Source of the DNA: Octopus sinensis
Lineage: Eukaryota
Direction: 5' to 3'
DNA: 64,000 nt
Assembly (NCBI RefSeq): GCF_006345805.1
Contig: NC_043002.1
Location: 35,402,001-35,466,000 of the forward strand
In this document: positions 35,453 through 49,825 of the stretch, piece after piece
How the letters are laid out: the number at the start of each line of letters is the position of its first letter
Position numbering within the stretch: the stretch's first letter is position 1
Made by a program: the position numbers and the translations under genes
Notes under the pieces: generated by a model
What the model saw: the letters and a program-made list of their open reading frames with translations, nothing else
Told to the model about the DNA's origin: nothing
Database searches by the model: none

Positions 35453-36892
35453 GAATTCAAGACAGGATGCCCCTGGGAGCTCCCCTATGCTGACGACCTT
35501 GTTCTAATTGCTGAGTCACTATCAGATCTAGAAGAGAAGATTCAGGTGTGGAAACAAGGATTAGAATCAACCTAGCTAAAACCAAAGTTCTAATAAGTAG
35601 GAAGGCAGGCAAACCACAAATCCCTTCAGGTAGATGGCCCTGCTCGATCTGTAGAAAAGGTGTAGGTAGAAACTATAAGATGTACCCAGTGTAAGCTATG
35701 GATATATAAGAGGTGCAGCAATATCAAAAGAAGGCTAACTGAGAAGATAGTTTTTCTATGTGGTAGATGCTCAGTAGCAATAAACTCTGAAAAATGTGCA
35801 GAGAACAACTTACACCACATTCTAAGGAGAAAAACTAGAAGTAGTTGATAGCTTCCGTTACCTAGGTGACCAAGTCAGTAGCGGGGAAGGTGCAATGAAA
35901 TAACCTGGGCAAAGTTCAGAGAGCTCTTACCTCTGCTGGTGACAAAGGGCCTCTCGCTCAGAGTAAAAGGTAGACTGTATGACGCTTGTGTATGAACAGC
36001 CATGCTACATGGCAGTGAAACATGGGCCATGGCTGCTGAAGACATGCATAAGCTAGCAAGGAATGAAGCTAGTATGCTCTGATGGATGTGTAATGTCAGT
36101 GTACTTACTCGACAAAGTCTAAGTATCTTGAGAGAAAAGATGGACCTAAGAAGCATCAGATGTGGTGTGCAAGAGAGACGACTGCACTGGTATGGTTATG
36201 TGGCAAGAATGGATGAGGATAGCTGTGTGAAAAAGTGCCACACCCTAGTGGTTGAGGGAACCCATGGAACTGGGATGAGGTGGTGAAGCATGGCCTTTGA
36301 ACATTAGGCCTCACTGAGGCAATGACTAGTGACTGAAACCTTTGGAAATATGCTGTGCTTGAGAAGACCTGGCAAGCCAGGTGAGATCATAACCTCGTGG
36401 CCTATGCCAGGAGTGTAACCAGCCCATTTATGTGTACCTTTCCTTCATTGGACACCAAACTCTGCTTGCGAAGACCTGTTGAGGCAAGTGAAATCGAAAT
36501 CAAATTTGATGACTGGCATCCGTGCTAGTGGAGCCCTAAGAGCACCATCTGAGCCTGATCGTTGCCAGAGCAGCTAACTGGCTTCAGTGCCAGTGGTACA
36601 TAAAAAGCATAATCATTTCCAGCATTGCCGTTCTGGCACTTGTACCGGTGGCATGTGAAAAACAACATTTGAGTGTGGCTGTTGCCAGTACCGCCTGACT
36701 GGTACCCGTGCCAGGGACATGTAAAAGCACCCACTACACTCTCAGAGTGGTTGGCGTTAGGAAGGGCATCCAGCTGTAGAAACTCGGCCAGATCAAGATT
36801 GGAGCCTGGTGCAGCCATCTGGTTCGCCAGCCCTCCGTCAAATCGTCCAACCCATGCTAGCATGGAAAGCGGATGTTAAATGATGATGATGA
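35453..36892 (+). mobile_element. 5'-truncated, internally deleted RTE LINE with complete 3' UTR
   Basis: EFKTGCPWELPYADDL through ERRLHWYGYV, then the UTR repeats, CCATGCTAGCATGG and (GAT)n. Confidence 0.95.
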
Positions 36893-37249
36893 TGATATAC
36901 ATATATATATATATATATGTACATATACATATATACACACACATATATATATACATATGTATATATATATATGTATATATCTATATGTTTATATACATAT
37001 ATGTATGTATATATTTATGTATATTTTATTTTTTTTTATTTTTTACTTGTTTCAGTCATTAGACTGTGGTCATGCTGGGGCACCACCTTAATGGGGCACC
37101 ACCTTAATATATATATGGATAGATAAATATAAGTATATATTGTTACAAATTTGGGTTTATAATATTATAAATGATACTATTTACATAGGATTAGTAAAGC
37201 GTAAAATAGTAAATGTCCTGATAACCTGGAATACTTATTATTTCCTAAG

Positions 37250-37888
37250 TTTTATTCCCAACTTTTGTCATCGTTAACAACCTTCGAAAGAAGGTCCGGA
37301 TCAACTTCCAACTGTTCTTTCAGTTCACCACATGCATTCAGTCGTGCCTGCTTTTGATCTTCCGTGAAGAACAAATTTTGCTGCAACTCTTTTCATTCGC
37401 GTTTCCTCACCCAAAAATTCATTGGTTGGAGCTTCCAGGGCACACCATTCATATCAGCATGTTCATCAATGAATTTTCATATTTTCATTTAGTAGGTCAA
37501 TGAGTGCCCTGTATGAGGTTGGTCTTCAAATGACAAGTGGCCATTCATAAAGTGTGAAAACCACTCATAAACTAGTGTTTTGCTGATGGTAGTGTCCTTG
37601 TAAGTTGTTCAAAGCATGACAACTGTTTCAGCTGTCATTTTTCCCAGCAGAAAACAGAATTTCATGGAATCACACTATTACTTCATTTCAGCCATTGCAA
37701 AAGTTGATGAACAGCAGAGAAGCACAGTAAAATAAAGAGACAATTACATGGCAGTACAACTTCACTTGATGTTGCTGGTTGGCAGATTGATGCCTGAGGG
37801 TCACATCAAGTGGCTTCTAGTGGCAGAAGTCTGAACTACAACGGGCTTGTTCCACAGAAAACGTTTCTGGCCACTTTTGGTACCACCT

Positions 37889-37891
<3 letters not shown>
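37250..37891 (-). mobile_element. mariner 5' remnant
   Basis: Minus-strand TIR TACAAGGTGGTACCAAAAGT; MKFCFLLGK..AETVVML, YEWFSHF, TEDQKQARLNACGELKEQLEVDPDLLSKV with stops. Confidence 0.8.
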
Positions 37892-37924
<33 letters not shown>

Positions 37925-37927
<3 letters not shown>

Positions 37928-38856
37928 GCAGACAGAAACAAAATGCAACTGAATGAGGGAAAATTTGAGCTGATGCATTTTGGAAGAAATTCCTCACTAA
38001 AACAACCATACTCTCTTCCTTCAGGGGAACCGCTCACAGCCTCTAACAATATCAGAGACCTGGGTGTAATTGTTGATGACGATCTCAGTTGGAGTGCACA
38101 CATCAACAAGAAGGTCGATACAGCTCGTAGGATGAGTTCCTGGATCTTAAGAACTTTCCGGTCCAGAGAACAAGGAGTCATCATACCACTTTTTTCATCC
38201 TTTGTACGGCCACACCTTGAATACTGCTGCCCACTGTGGTCTCCTCACACAAGACAAAACATCTCCAGAATTGAGTCACCCCAGAGGGCTCTCACTAAAC
38301 AAATTGAAGGCATGGCTGCTCTCGATTATTGGGATCGCCTTAAAGCCTTGAAACTTTACTCCCTCCAGCGTCGCCGTGAGCGGTACATCATTTGTACGAT
38401 GTGGAAAATATACCGCCAACTTTGCCCAAACGACCTAAACATTAGCTTCAAGGTTCATCCGAGACTTGGACCACGGGCTATACGTCCCCTGCCAAATTCA
38501 AGATCACAACATACATGTACACTGCAACATAATTTCTTTTCCTCAACAGGCCCTGCCCTATTTAACATTGTCCCGAGGGAGATCAAAGAGGAAAAGGATC
38601 CCATCAACTTCAAACAGAGTCTGGATAGATTCCTTCAAAGAATACCAGATAAGCCACCCATAATTGGATACAACTCACCCAACAAGAACTCACTACTTGA
38701 ACAAAACTGGATACAACTCACCCAACAAGAACTCACTACTTGAACAAAACTTGACTTAAACAGGATTCGAATAATCCTATCAGGTGGTGCTATTAAGTTA
38801 GACATGGCCTGGACCAATCTCTGGTCGAAACATATCTAAGTTTTATCTAAGTTTTA
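37925..38856 (+). mobile_element. 5'-truncated CR1-clade LINE with open C-terminal ORF
   Basis: WADRNKMQLN..KF, RDLGVIVD, FVRPHLEYCCPLWSP, LYSLQRRRERY; tail (TATCTAAGTTT)n; perfect 43-bp tandem duplication at 38665-38750. Confidence 0.92.
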
Positions 38857-39224
38857 TATATATTCTCCTATGAACTCTCTACATTTAGTAGCCTTCCATA
38901 GTGGCACTTCCTGGCCTCTTTCTTTACAGAATCACTAACTGCAAATGAACCATCATCCATGAGCAGAACAATGGTGAACTTCCTTTCTGCTTCTCCCCTA
39001 GCTAAATTTATCTGTCACGTAGCTACCTGATATAGTTTCTGTTACCACCACTCTTCCAATAATATATGTACATATATATACACACAGAAGCAGAAAGGAA
39101 GTTCACCATTGTTCTGCTCATGGATGGTGGTTCATTTGCAGTTAGTGATTCTGCAAAGAAAGAGGCCTGGAAGTGTCACTATGGAAGGCTACTAAATGTA
39201 GAGAGTTCATAGGAGAATATATAT
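38857..39224. repeat. ~138-bp inverted repeat (RTE-derived) with ~90-bp spacer
   Basis: 38857-38994 versus 39086-39224; four mismatches by eye. Confidence 0.95.
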
Positions 39225-41408
39225 ATATATATATATAAGAAAGTTTGCCTAATGTGGACCCCAACAGTGGGGCCATCTATCTGAATCAACACTGGCCTGA
39301 TACATAAAGCAATTAAATATATGAATGCAGGGAAAGTCTTCTCCATTACTGAGATGCTTAAAATACCCAGCTGAATGGGGTATGGTCTAGTCACCCATAT
39401 AGTTAATCAGGTTGTCCACAAAGAAGTCATACCCAATGAGTAGTATAACAACATAATAATCAACTGCTACAAAGGCATAATGCCATAGAAATAATTACAG
39501 AGGCTGAACCTAATCATGAAAGTCAGATAGTATCATAGCTCAACTATTTAGGAATAGAGTTATTCCAGATGAGATGCGTTTTGGCTTTGTGTCAGGAAGA
39601 AGCACTACTGATGTCATCTTTTTGGTGAGGCAACTGCAAGAGAAGTTTATAGCCAAAAATAAACCTCTGTGCATGGCCTTTGTTGACATGGAGGAAGCCT
39701 TTGACAGAGTATCCTTCTCCTTATCTGGTGGTCAATGTGAGACTAGGGATAGATGAGTACCTGTTGAGAGATGTACAAGGATGTTCTTGTTCATCATAGT
39801 CCTCCAGGCTGTAACAGGAATTTTAGACTGGTTGCTCTTGAGAGCTTCTCTATGCTGAAGACCTTGTTCTTATGACTGAATCACTACCAGAACTAGAGAA
39901 GAAATTTCAGGTGTGGAATCAAGATCTGGAACCAGAGCCTTAAAGTTAATTTAGCAAAGAACAAAGTTGTAGTAAGTAGAAAAATAGACAAATCACTCAT
40001 CTCTTCAGGGAGATGGCCCTGCTTGGTATATAGAAAAAAGTATTGGTAGAAACTCCATATGGTGTATCCAGAGTAAGCTATGAACACATTAGATCTGCAG
40101 TGGTATCACAGGAAGGTTAACAGAGAAAGTAGTTTTTTTTTTTTTGTGGCAGATGTGCAGGTACAATAAACACTAAGAATGTACAGAGAATAGACTCCCT
40201 CAAATGTCAAGGGGTGTCCTTAGCTGTAGTTGATAGTTTCTGTTATGTAGGTAACCAAGTTAGTGGTGGAGGAGGAAGTTCTGAAAGCATAGTTGCTAGA
40301 ATAAGAGTAGTCTGGTCAAAGTTCAGAGAGCTACTACCTTTGTAGGTAGCAAAGGGCCTCTCACTCAAAGTGAAAGGCAGATTGTATGATGCCTGTGTAT
40401 GAACAGTTATGCTACATGGCAGTGAAACATAGGCTGTGACTACAGAGGACTTGTGAAAGCTTGAAAGAAATGAATTCAGCATGCTAGTGTGCATATACCA
40501 CTGAGTGTAAATGATTTAAGAGAAAACTGGTTATAAGAAGCATCAGTTGTATTGTGCAAGAGAGTTTAGAGATAAGGATAACTGCATAAAGAAGTGCTGA
40601 TTTCTAATTGTGGAGGTAATCTGTTGAATGGGGTAGACCCCAGGAAGACATGGGACAAAGTGGTGAAAAATGATCTTCAGATGTTGAACTTCACAGAGGA
40701 GATGACAAGGGTCTGAAGCAAACAATTTGTTGTGCTTGAGAAGACATGTCAAGCTAAGTAAAATCATGGCCATTCATACATACAGACATGTCCTTTTTGG
40801 CCATACTCCTACCTCCCCTGGCACACACACATAATTTGGTCCTCTGGCAAAACACCTTCACCACCCACTAGATCCCCACTCTCCCTCACACACCTCTACA
40901 TATCCACATATATCCACCTCCCAGCCACTCCAATTCCTCTCATCATCACTTGCTATCTCTATCTCCCTTCACACTCTTATGGAATATCTCCTCTATTTCC
41001 TCTATACTACTTATATCCCCCTCCACTGTTCCCTGTGAGAAGGCCCTCTCTCCTACTCTGACTTTTCTCTATCTTTCTCTCTAACTCTCTCCTTCCTTGT
41101 CCAGCTGGGGTAACCAAAGTATCTCCTCTGTAGTAAGACAGCTATCCCTGTCCCTCTATCATACTCCAGCCTCTTGCCTAGCACATGGCCACTTCTCTTG
41201 GTTCCTCTCCCTCTCTCTCTCTCAGCTGATTGGTCCTTGTCTTGCAAGCTACTTGACCACTATGCGAATGCTAGTGTCAGTGGTTGACATTAGGAAACTA
41301 TGCCAAAAGAGACAACTGGAGCCTAGTCAAGCCCTCTGGTTTGTCAGCACTTGTCAAACAGTTTAACCCACGCCAACATGGAAAATAGATGTTAAGTGAT
41401 GATGATGA
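39086..41408 (+). mobile_element. Degenerate RTE LINE of a related subfamily
   Basis: MRFGFVSGRSTTDVIFLVRQLQEKFIAKNKPL, LLYAEDL, pyrimidine-rich UTR, ends CCAACATGGAAAATAGATGTTAAG(TGA)n. Confidence 0.85.
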
Positions 41409-43314
41409 CACACTCAAGATAAAATACTTAATACACAGCGCTTTCTCTGTTTCTCTCTCTGCTTAGTTTTATAGTAGTGAGTAGTGTCTTGTTTTGGCAT
41501 GGTCATTTACAGGTGAGTGGAATTGACCATTTGAGAGTTAAGCATCTTGACCAGCCGTAGAATATAGTGATGATGAAGTGATATGAACTATTGCTCCAGA
41601 TGGTAATCCAACGTCTCTAAACTAGGCCAGTCACTTTGTTTTCCTTTTTAGGGAAAAGATAAAAAAGAATGTTATATTTGGGGGTGGTCATATTTTGCCA
41701 ATTAAACACATGCACTATATATTTGGTCTTCATTTCAGCTTTATTATTATTATTATTATAGTTTCTTTGTCAAAGTTCTTTTGTCAAAGTTCTTTTGTCA
41801 CAGATCCTGTGACCCAAGACAAATACATAAACATAATAAAAAGTAAAGTTTTATAAAAATCTAATTTTTTTTGCCATCTGTTTAACAAAATGTCATAAGA
41901 TATGACCTACACAAATATTCAGATTTGGTAGGTGAAGTAGGTGTCTGTCTGAAATTACATATCAATTGATTGCTCTCATTTTTTTCTTTTAAAAGAATAT
42001 TGACATAAAGAAGATTCTTAAATTTCACAGTTTACTTTGATTTACAGCTGGATAAGGACCATTCCAGTGTTCATCTGTAATAAAAAAAAAACACAATTCA
42101 TTAAAAAAAGAAACAATTACATATAGGAATTTTTTGACTACTAGGCTTACTTTTATTTTATGTATTTTATGTCTACTTCTATAATACTCTGCTACACTAA
42201 AGCTACTAGCTCCTATCTAAACTCACCTCAACATAATTTTCCTCTTCTTGTCACTTTATTTTATCGTATATTCCCTATTGCACAAACATTTTTACTCCAA
42301 TCTCCTTAAACTTTGCCTTCTCAGTTCACAGTTAAAATTTATGTAGTTATGTGCAGACTCTACCTTTTAAATTAAAATATATACATTCCATTTTTCTGTC
42401 ATTCACTTCTCACCTGGGTATCAGCAACAAAATCTCCCATTTCGACTTTCTATATGGCTCCTTGAACTTCAACAACTCTTCAATCACATCCTCTTCCTGC
42501 AGCAAAACTAAATATCTCACTTCACCCCTCTCTGAAATCATCATCCTACTATTCTTAGCTCTCCCATAACTACACTGACATGATGCCAGAAGAGAATTTG
42601 AATATTTCAACCCTAAACCATCTGTATCAACTAGTCTCATTCCTACATGTATCTCTGACTAACACACACACCAAACATCCACTTTCACATCTCCAAATCT
42701 AGTTTTTATCAAGCAAATCACTCTGCATCTATCACATTGTCCAACAATTGGCTCATGTATATTCACCAAATATCTATGTACTACATGATATCTACTTCCT
42801 AGACCTTATGCTACTTCAAGCCAGCAGAATGTAACTTTGCCAGTTCCATGCTATCCCTGGCAGCACATGTGCTTCATCCCTAAACTATCAAAAACAGCTA
42901 AGTAGGTAAGTGAAATAATCCTCTTAAGCATATCTTTCCACATCCCATACAATCAAAACTCATAGCTTTAAGTCCTCCAAGTGGTTCAGTTATAACTTCA
43001 CTATAGTAGTTTAGATAACGATTATAGCCTACAGTACTTAAGGAAAATCTATAACACAGGGTGGTTTTTACTCAGTATTGCAACTCCTGCAAGACCAGAT
43101 GTGAAATGTCAAAGATAACTCTGTGTTTCACAGCCTGCTAATTATCTTGCCTTCCAAACTGTGGCTAATCTTTCGGTTCCTTATCAAAAGTTTCTACCAG
43201 TCTGCCAACTGATGCCTCTTCTGCTCAATTTTTCTTTCAAAACATTTACACTTTGTTGTACATGTACACTGACACTGATAGTGTGGCTCTTTCAAATATA
43301 GCCAATAAACACAA

Positions 43315-44090
43315 TGCCTTTTGCATCTCAAAAAACTGAGACCATCACCTTTCCTGCAAATGAAACAACCTTAGCCTTCTTTGGAGCAGATGAGGAAGGT
43401 GTTTATGTTACATGGATTGTCTCTTTGTCTCTGGCTCAAAGTGATGAACCCAACACTCATCTTGCAAGGAAACCAGCTGGATCTGCCTCAGACAATGCCA
43501 GTTTCCCTGTGATGTGATCAGCCTTGTGTACTTTTGATCAGTTATCAGATGTGGCACCCACTGAGCAGAAACCTTCATCAGGTCATGGTCATTGTGTACA
43601 ATATTCTCAACTCTCTCATGGGACATGCTAATAGCATTGGCTATTTGATTTATAGTCAATCACCTATCATTCATCACCATGTGGTGAACATAATCAATGT
43701 TTTCTCTGCTGATGGCTGTTGCAGGACGTCCAGACCTAGGCGTCATCAAGGCTCATCCTTCCCTTCTCAAATTCAGCTACCCACTTTTGCACTGTTGATA
43801 AAGCTAGAGCATCATCCCCTAATGTAGCATCCATGTCAATATGAATGTCCTTGGGGGCTAAATCCATTTTCTGCAGGTACTTGATAACACCATGATGCCA
43901 AATTTTGTCAATTTTCAAGAGAAGTCATTACTAGTTATTTTTGAAGTCTTCTTTGAACAGTCATATGTCAGTTTACCTGGAAAGAAACAATACAGTTATT
44001 AATAAGAAGAGTTGAAATTAATGCATGCAGAATTTCACAGTTCTAGCATCCTTCATATTCAGCCTATGAACTTTTCAGCCCACCCTCATG
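43315..44090 (-). mobile_element. mariner 5' half, decayed
   Basis: TIR-like TTCAGCCTATGAACTTTTCAGCCCACCCTC at 44058-44090; VIKYLQK, TVQKWVAEF, KVSAQWVPHL, DECWVHHFEPETKRQSM, PKKAKV..AGKVMVSVF. Confidence 0.88.
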
Positions 44091-46549
44091 CTACCTCTAA
44101 GGATCTTCTTGGACATTTGAGGAAATATATTTCCTGCACATTCTTAGTATTTATTATACTTGCACATCTTCTACACACACAGAGACTACTTTCTCTATTA
44201 ACCTCCCTATGATTCCACTGCACCTCTTATGTGTTCATAGCTTGCACTGGGTATATCAAATGGAATTTCTACCTACACTAGGACTATTCACATTGGATCT
44301 CCACCACTCTGTCTGAAAAGTGTTCACCCCTATCAAAATACTTAGTCAAGTAGCTTTTGCTCAGTTGCATAATGAGGTCAAAGTGGTAATCGTCCTGGTG
44401 TTTAAAACATTTCAGATGATAATCTTTTGAAGTGCATGACCATAATATAATACAGACACAATAGAGATTGACGTCAAATTTACTTAGCAATCATCTGCAT
44501 ATCTGTGTTGCTTGAAAAGTATTTAATTATGCATGCCCACACTATACTACTTCTCAAGTAAAACTGACACAGGACATGATTAAACTCCAAAGAGAATGCT
44601 GGCATGGTAAAAAAATGTTACAAATAACCCACACACATGCGCACGCACACACACACACACACCACACACACACACACATTGACATGATAATATGCTCCAA
44701 GCTGATGTTGTAAAGGCCAAATGTCAACAGAAAATGTTAAAACAATGAAGGATATGAGGATGGAAGGCAGAATCAGGGAAATTGAGATGTATATTAAGGC
44801 CATGTGGACAGATGTGTCTAGGTTGAAGATTAGTTGTCTTTTTGTGTGTATGTATATCCCATTAGGATCAAAATGTTAGAGAACACCACAAGGAGGTGGT
44901 CAGAGGAATGGCTACCAGTGTTGAGCTAAAGGCTCAAAGCTTGGGCATTATTACTAACATCTAGCATCAGCTATGTGTTTACAGTATGATTATAATATCA
45001 TGTGTTGTTTTCACATACATTCTGCATAATACAGTTCACAATTAGCATACAAGCAGTTCTACTAATTTACTGTCATATTTTGATTATTTTGGATTTGTTT
45101 TTGTTAGTAAAGTATTATATATTTTTGCATAAGTCCATGTATATCTACTGCTCTGTCATTGTTGTGTATACAGTAAATGTATTCACTATATATATTCTAT
45201 ATACTATACTGCAGTATAAGTAATTCTTCCAGTTAACACACATATTTACTGTCCTATTTCCATATTTTCAACCTCTCTTTATATTTTATCTTGACCCACT
45301 ACGTTAGTCTGCTTTTCTTTCTCTTCTCTAAAATTTTCTTTTTTTTTTAAATATTCCTAGCATTCCTCATAGTCCCTTGCTTACTTTCCTTACATCCTCT
45401 TTCTCTCCTGCTTCTTTGGCTTTGCGTATAAGTCTGTTTAATCTCCTTTTGCTCCTATGTCCTTTCACTTTATTTGGCTCTCTCTGATCCTCCCATTTCA
45501 ATTGATCTGTCTCTTACTACAATAGCCTTGAGCCAACTGAAGACTAGCAACTGAGAAATAAGAAAATATAATAAAAATATTCAAGGTGAAAGATATATGT
45601 GTATTTCAATGATGGATGAGTTGACAAAGCCAAGGTAAAAGATAATGTCAGTTAGCAGTTACATAGGTAAAGTTTCAAGGAGAATCCCTGGCAAAGGATA
45701 ATGGAAATTACTAGTTCCAGCTTTTAATAAAAAGTGAATCAGATTTGAGTTGGAAGGCCTTGGAAGAATATATCATAGTGTGTGGGAGAGACAGGGAAAT
45801 TAGTCTGTATAAATAAATGGAATACTCAATGCCACGGCAGTATACTTAGAGTAATTCGGGATAAACTCCATGCAAAAGACCTAGATTACTCTACCATTCC
45901 CAAGGCATGGGAAGTGTCATCTTCCAGTTTCTTTCCTCCAACTTAGAAAAGCATAGTCAGAGCAGATCTATTCAATCTCACTAGTCTTGTTACTCTCATC
46001 CACCTTTTGATAAACACACTAGATGATAGTACCACCCTTTCTACCTTCACCTTCCTCTTCAAATGATATTTGAAGAAACTGATGACAGCTTGGCCAGATA
46101 GGAAAGTGTTTGTCTTCAAACCTTTCAAATGAATCCATCACACAGCCTCTTTTGTCAAAACCTAGTGGTTGCTAAAAGAAGGTGGCATGTTAATCTTCTC
46201 TATACACTTGGCGGACAGCTGGAGTTGTCTTACATGAGACAGTAACTAATGAATGATTGCATGCAGGATGGTTTCATCCCACTGCAAACATCTCAGACAG
46301 GTTCAGCTTTTGGCACTTCCATGCCTGAAAAGCTTGTCTTGAATAGGCAATGACTGTAGCACTGCCATGCCAAAGATTTTTGAAAATTGTCCATAATCTT
46401 TGACATGAAGTCCTCCTGAAGAGACCACTCAGACTGCTCTCATCGATACTCAGAATCAATCCTAGGCCATTGTTGCTCATACCCTCAACTAGCCCTGTGG
46501 AAGTAAATGACAGGAATAATATCTAATTATGTGTATAGCTTCATAGAAA

Positions 46550-47575
46550 TGAATAACAAACTGCCAGTGGAATGGAAGGAATGTAGGAGGAAAAGCTGAG
46601 AGACAAAGGATTAACCTCAGATAGACAGAATGTTGTTGAGCAACTGCAAGAAAAGACATACTAATCTGGATATGGTGTGGATTGTTCCTAGATTTTAGAC
46701 AGTTTTGAGTTGTTACAGGTACCTGATAACATTTTAAATTTTATCAAGAGATCAATGGAGAATTGGACTATAGAGTTAACATCATGTGGAAAATTTTTAG
46801 TGAGGGTTATCATCAGCGGAGGCATATTTCAGGGAGGTAGTCTGTTGCCATTGCTGTTTGTGATTTGTATGATACCCGTCATGCAGATATTATAGAAAGT
46901 AACATTGGAATACATCTTGAAAAATGGAGAAAAGTTTAAATCACCTGTTATATATAGATGACTTAAAGATCTTCAGTAAGAGTGAGCATGAAATAAATGG
47001 TCTGGTTTCAACGCTACAGATATTCAGTAAGGATATCAAGATGGAGTTTGGGATTAAAAAGTATGGTACACTTATCATAAAAAAAAAAGGCAAAGTAGTG
47101 TCATCTGATGGTGTAGAAGTGCCCAACAGCAAGAGAGTCAAGGATATTGAGATTGATGGATATAAGTATTGGGTATTTTGGAGTATGACAAAATCAAGGA
47201 GAGCAAGATGAAAGAAAGTTTTAGGAAAACCAAATTATGAAGAGTAGACTCAATGGAAAGAACAAGACCAGGGATGTTTCTTTAATACAATATGGTGCAG
47301 GTGCTGTTAGGTGAACAATGAACGAGCTTGAGGAAATGGATAGAAAAACCAGGAAAGTGATGACAACGAACAAGGAACTGCACTCTAAAAATGACATCGA
47401 CAGATTGTATGTGCCTAGATACCAGGAAGAAAGAGACCTCATAGGATACAAGCCCTGTGTTGTCAATGAGGAAAACAGTCTGGAATGCTATGTCAAACAA
47501 CAGACTGAACTCTTTGTCACTGTTAGAAATAACAACAGAATACCTACAGAAAATATGATACACCCACGAACCTAG
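46550..47575 (+). mobile_element. Degenerate R4/Dong-clade non-LTR retrotransposon RT fragment
   Basis: GIFQGGSLLPLLF, NHLLYIDDLKIF, MEFGIKK, EMDRKTRKVMT...LHSKNDIDRLYVPR. Confidence 0.85.
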
Positions 47576-47957
47576 TAATAATTTTATTTTTGGTTTATTT
47601 ATTCCCAATAAACATTACACTTTTCACTAATATTTCAAGATTTAATATTATTTTTTTATTATTTGCTTCAAAAGCTAACACCATTACAACTTCATGAACC
47701 TTCAATCTCCCACCACTACTTACCTTATAACATACACTATTGCAAGAGCTATCATCTGAGAACTTCATTATCTTTTAAAACCCTCCTTATCACCCTTTAG
47801 CAACTCCTCCTCTTCTGGCTATCTAACAATCCTAGTCCACACCCATGGTCAAAAATACGAGGCTAATTGGCATTTATACATATGATATTCCTCATTCCTT
47901 ATCACTAAACTTTCCTTCCTTACTCACTTAATTTTCCCTATCCTTCTATATATATAT

Positions 47958-48330
<373 letters not shown>

Positions 48331-48763
48331 AATGTGTTATTGTATGTGTGTGTATTTGGTAAAGCGTTAATTGGTTCATAAAACAATTAGTTATTCCTTT
48401 CTCATCCCTTTACTTATATATATATATATATATGTCATCATGTGTATGTTTTTGTGTGTGTGTTTATACACATACCCCCTCAATCCTTATGTCAAACATA
48501 CCCTCACTACACAGACTAGTCTCTACCCACTCACATACATTTTCCACTTTATCACTCCTTCACACTATAATATATATACTTCCAGTGTCCTCTTACTCAA
48601 GTCTGACTCACTTTCTTTTCAAAGACGGATGTAATAACTTCTGTTACCCTTTGCCAGGGATTGCCTAGGCAAAGATATTGAAAATATCAATGGAATTTCT
48701 GAAAATACATGTTACCACAACTTTTACAAGGGGATCCAAAATTAGTTAAATTCAAAGTGAATT

Positions 48764-48801
<38 letters not shown>

Positions 48802-48806
<5 letters not shown>

Positions 48807-49813
48807 TATTATAAAAGGCAGATTTTATCTGCCTCCCTTTGGGAGTTATACAAATCTACAATATAGGATTTCTTCAATTACAATTTACCTAGCATTTTTA
48901 AGAGTACAATGCATCGCGTCATGCCAGGTCCAGTTTTTAAAATTTAAACTCCAATTAAGCAAAATTTACAGAAAACTCACATTCTGGTGTGTGTGTCAAA
49001 TGCTTTTCTTAGTCTGGTTTACACCACACGCAAACGCACACACACACAAAGGGAGCGAATTGTTTCACTGACGCTATCACCCTTCTCCTCCTTTGTCTTT
49101 GCAAGTTTGCAGCTATTAAAGTGAAAACAGTGAATCCGACAGCGATAAAGAAAACGAATTGGTACCTGAATGGAGTGAAAATTTAAAAACTGTTTCTTTC
49201 GGTGAGTTTTCTGAAGAAACTGGACCAAGCCACAGACTTTCCCAGAAGAGTAAAGCCTTAGACTATTTCTATTTACTTTTTCGAATGAGCCTATTTGAAA
49301 TCATTACGCTAAACGTAAACAAACCGAAAGAAAGGATAGTTTGTTATTTCCCACAACCTTAAATGAAATTAAGGCCTATTTTGCCATAAATATTATTATG
49401 GGTATCAGAAAGTTACCCAGAATAACAAATTCTATTGTAAAATTTTGTTGTATACCCAATTGAATATTAGCTAATAACCCATTTTCTATAGCGATGTTTG
49501 AACAAAATTTTAATAATTTTACAGAAAGTTACCCAGAATAACAAACGAGCCCTTCTGGGTATTAGCGCGCGTCTACGATTTTAAAAAAAATTACCATCAT
49601 ATTTTTCCATTTTAATGCATTTTTTTCGCTTTTATATAAGGGAAGTAACTCTCTAAAAATATCTACGATGTGTCAACGATTTAAAGAAAAATTTACCTTA
49701 ATTTTTTTTCAATTTTTAATGCATTTTTTTGCTATTTTTTGGCTATAACTCTCTAAAAATGCTTATATAGTTATTTCCCTTACAACCCGAGCAACGCCGG
49801 GCGATACTGCTAG
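48802..49813 (+). mobile_element. Non-autonomous Helitron containing a captured piggyBac fragment
   Basis: A|TC 5' end (TCTCTTATTATAAAAGG); 3' hairpin CCCGAGCAACGCCGGG (49786-49801), 8 nt, then CTAG|T. Internal 49118-49520 matches 12702-13132. Confidence 0.88.
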
Positions 49814-49825
49814 TATATATATATA

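Noticed and set aside
42380-42900. Possible decayed LINE endonuclease region on the minus strand
   Set aside because: Too degenerate to assign without alignment.
44284-44490. 68-aa protein-like minus-strand ORF
   Set aside because: No recognisable motif, no convincing splice context and no partner exons.
45940-46500. Possible minus-strand LINE RT remnant
   Set aside because: Only vague motif resemblance; no clear YADD or QG motif.
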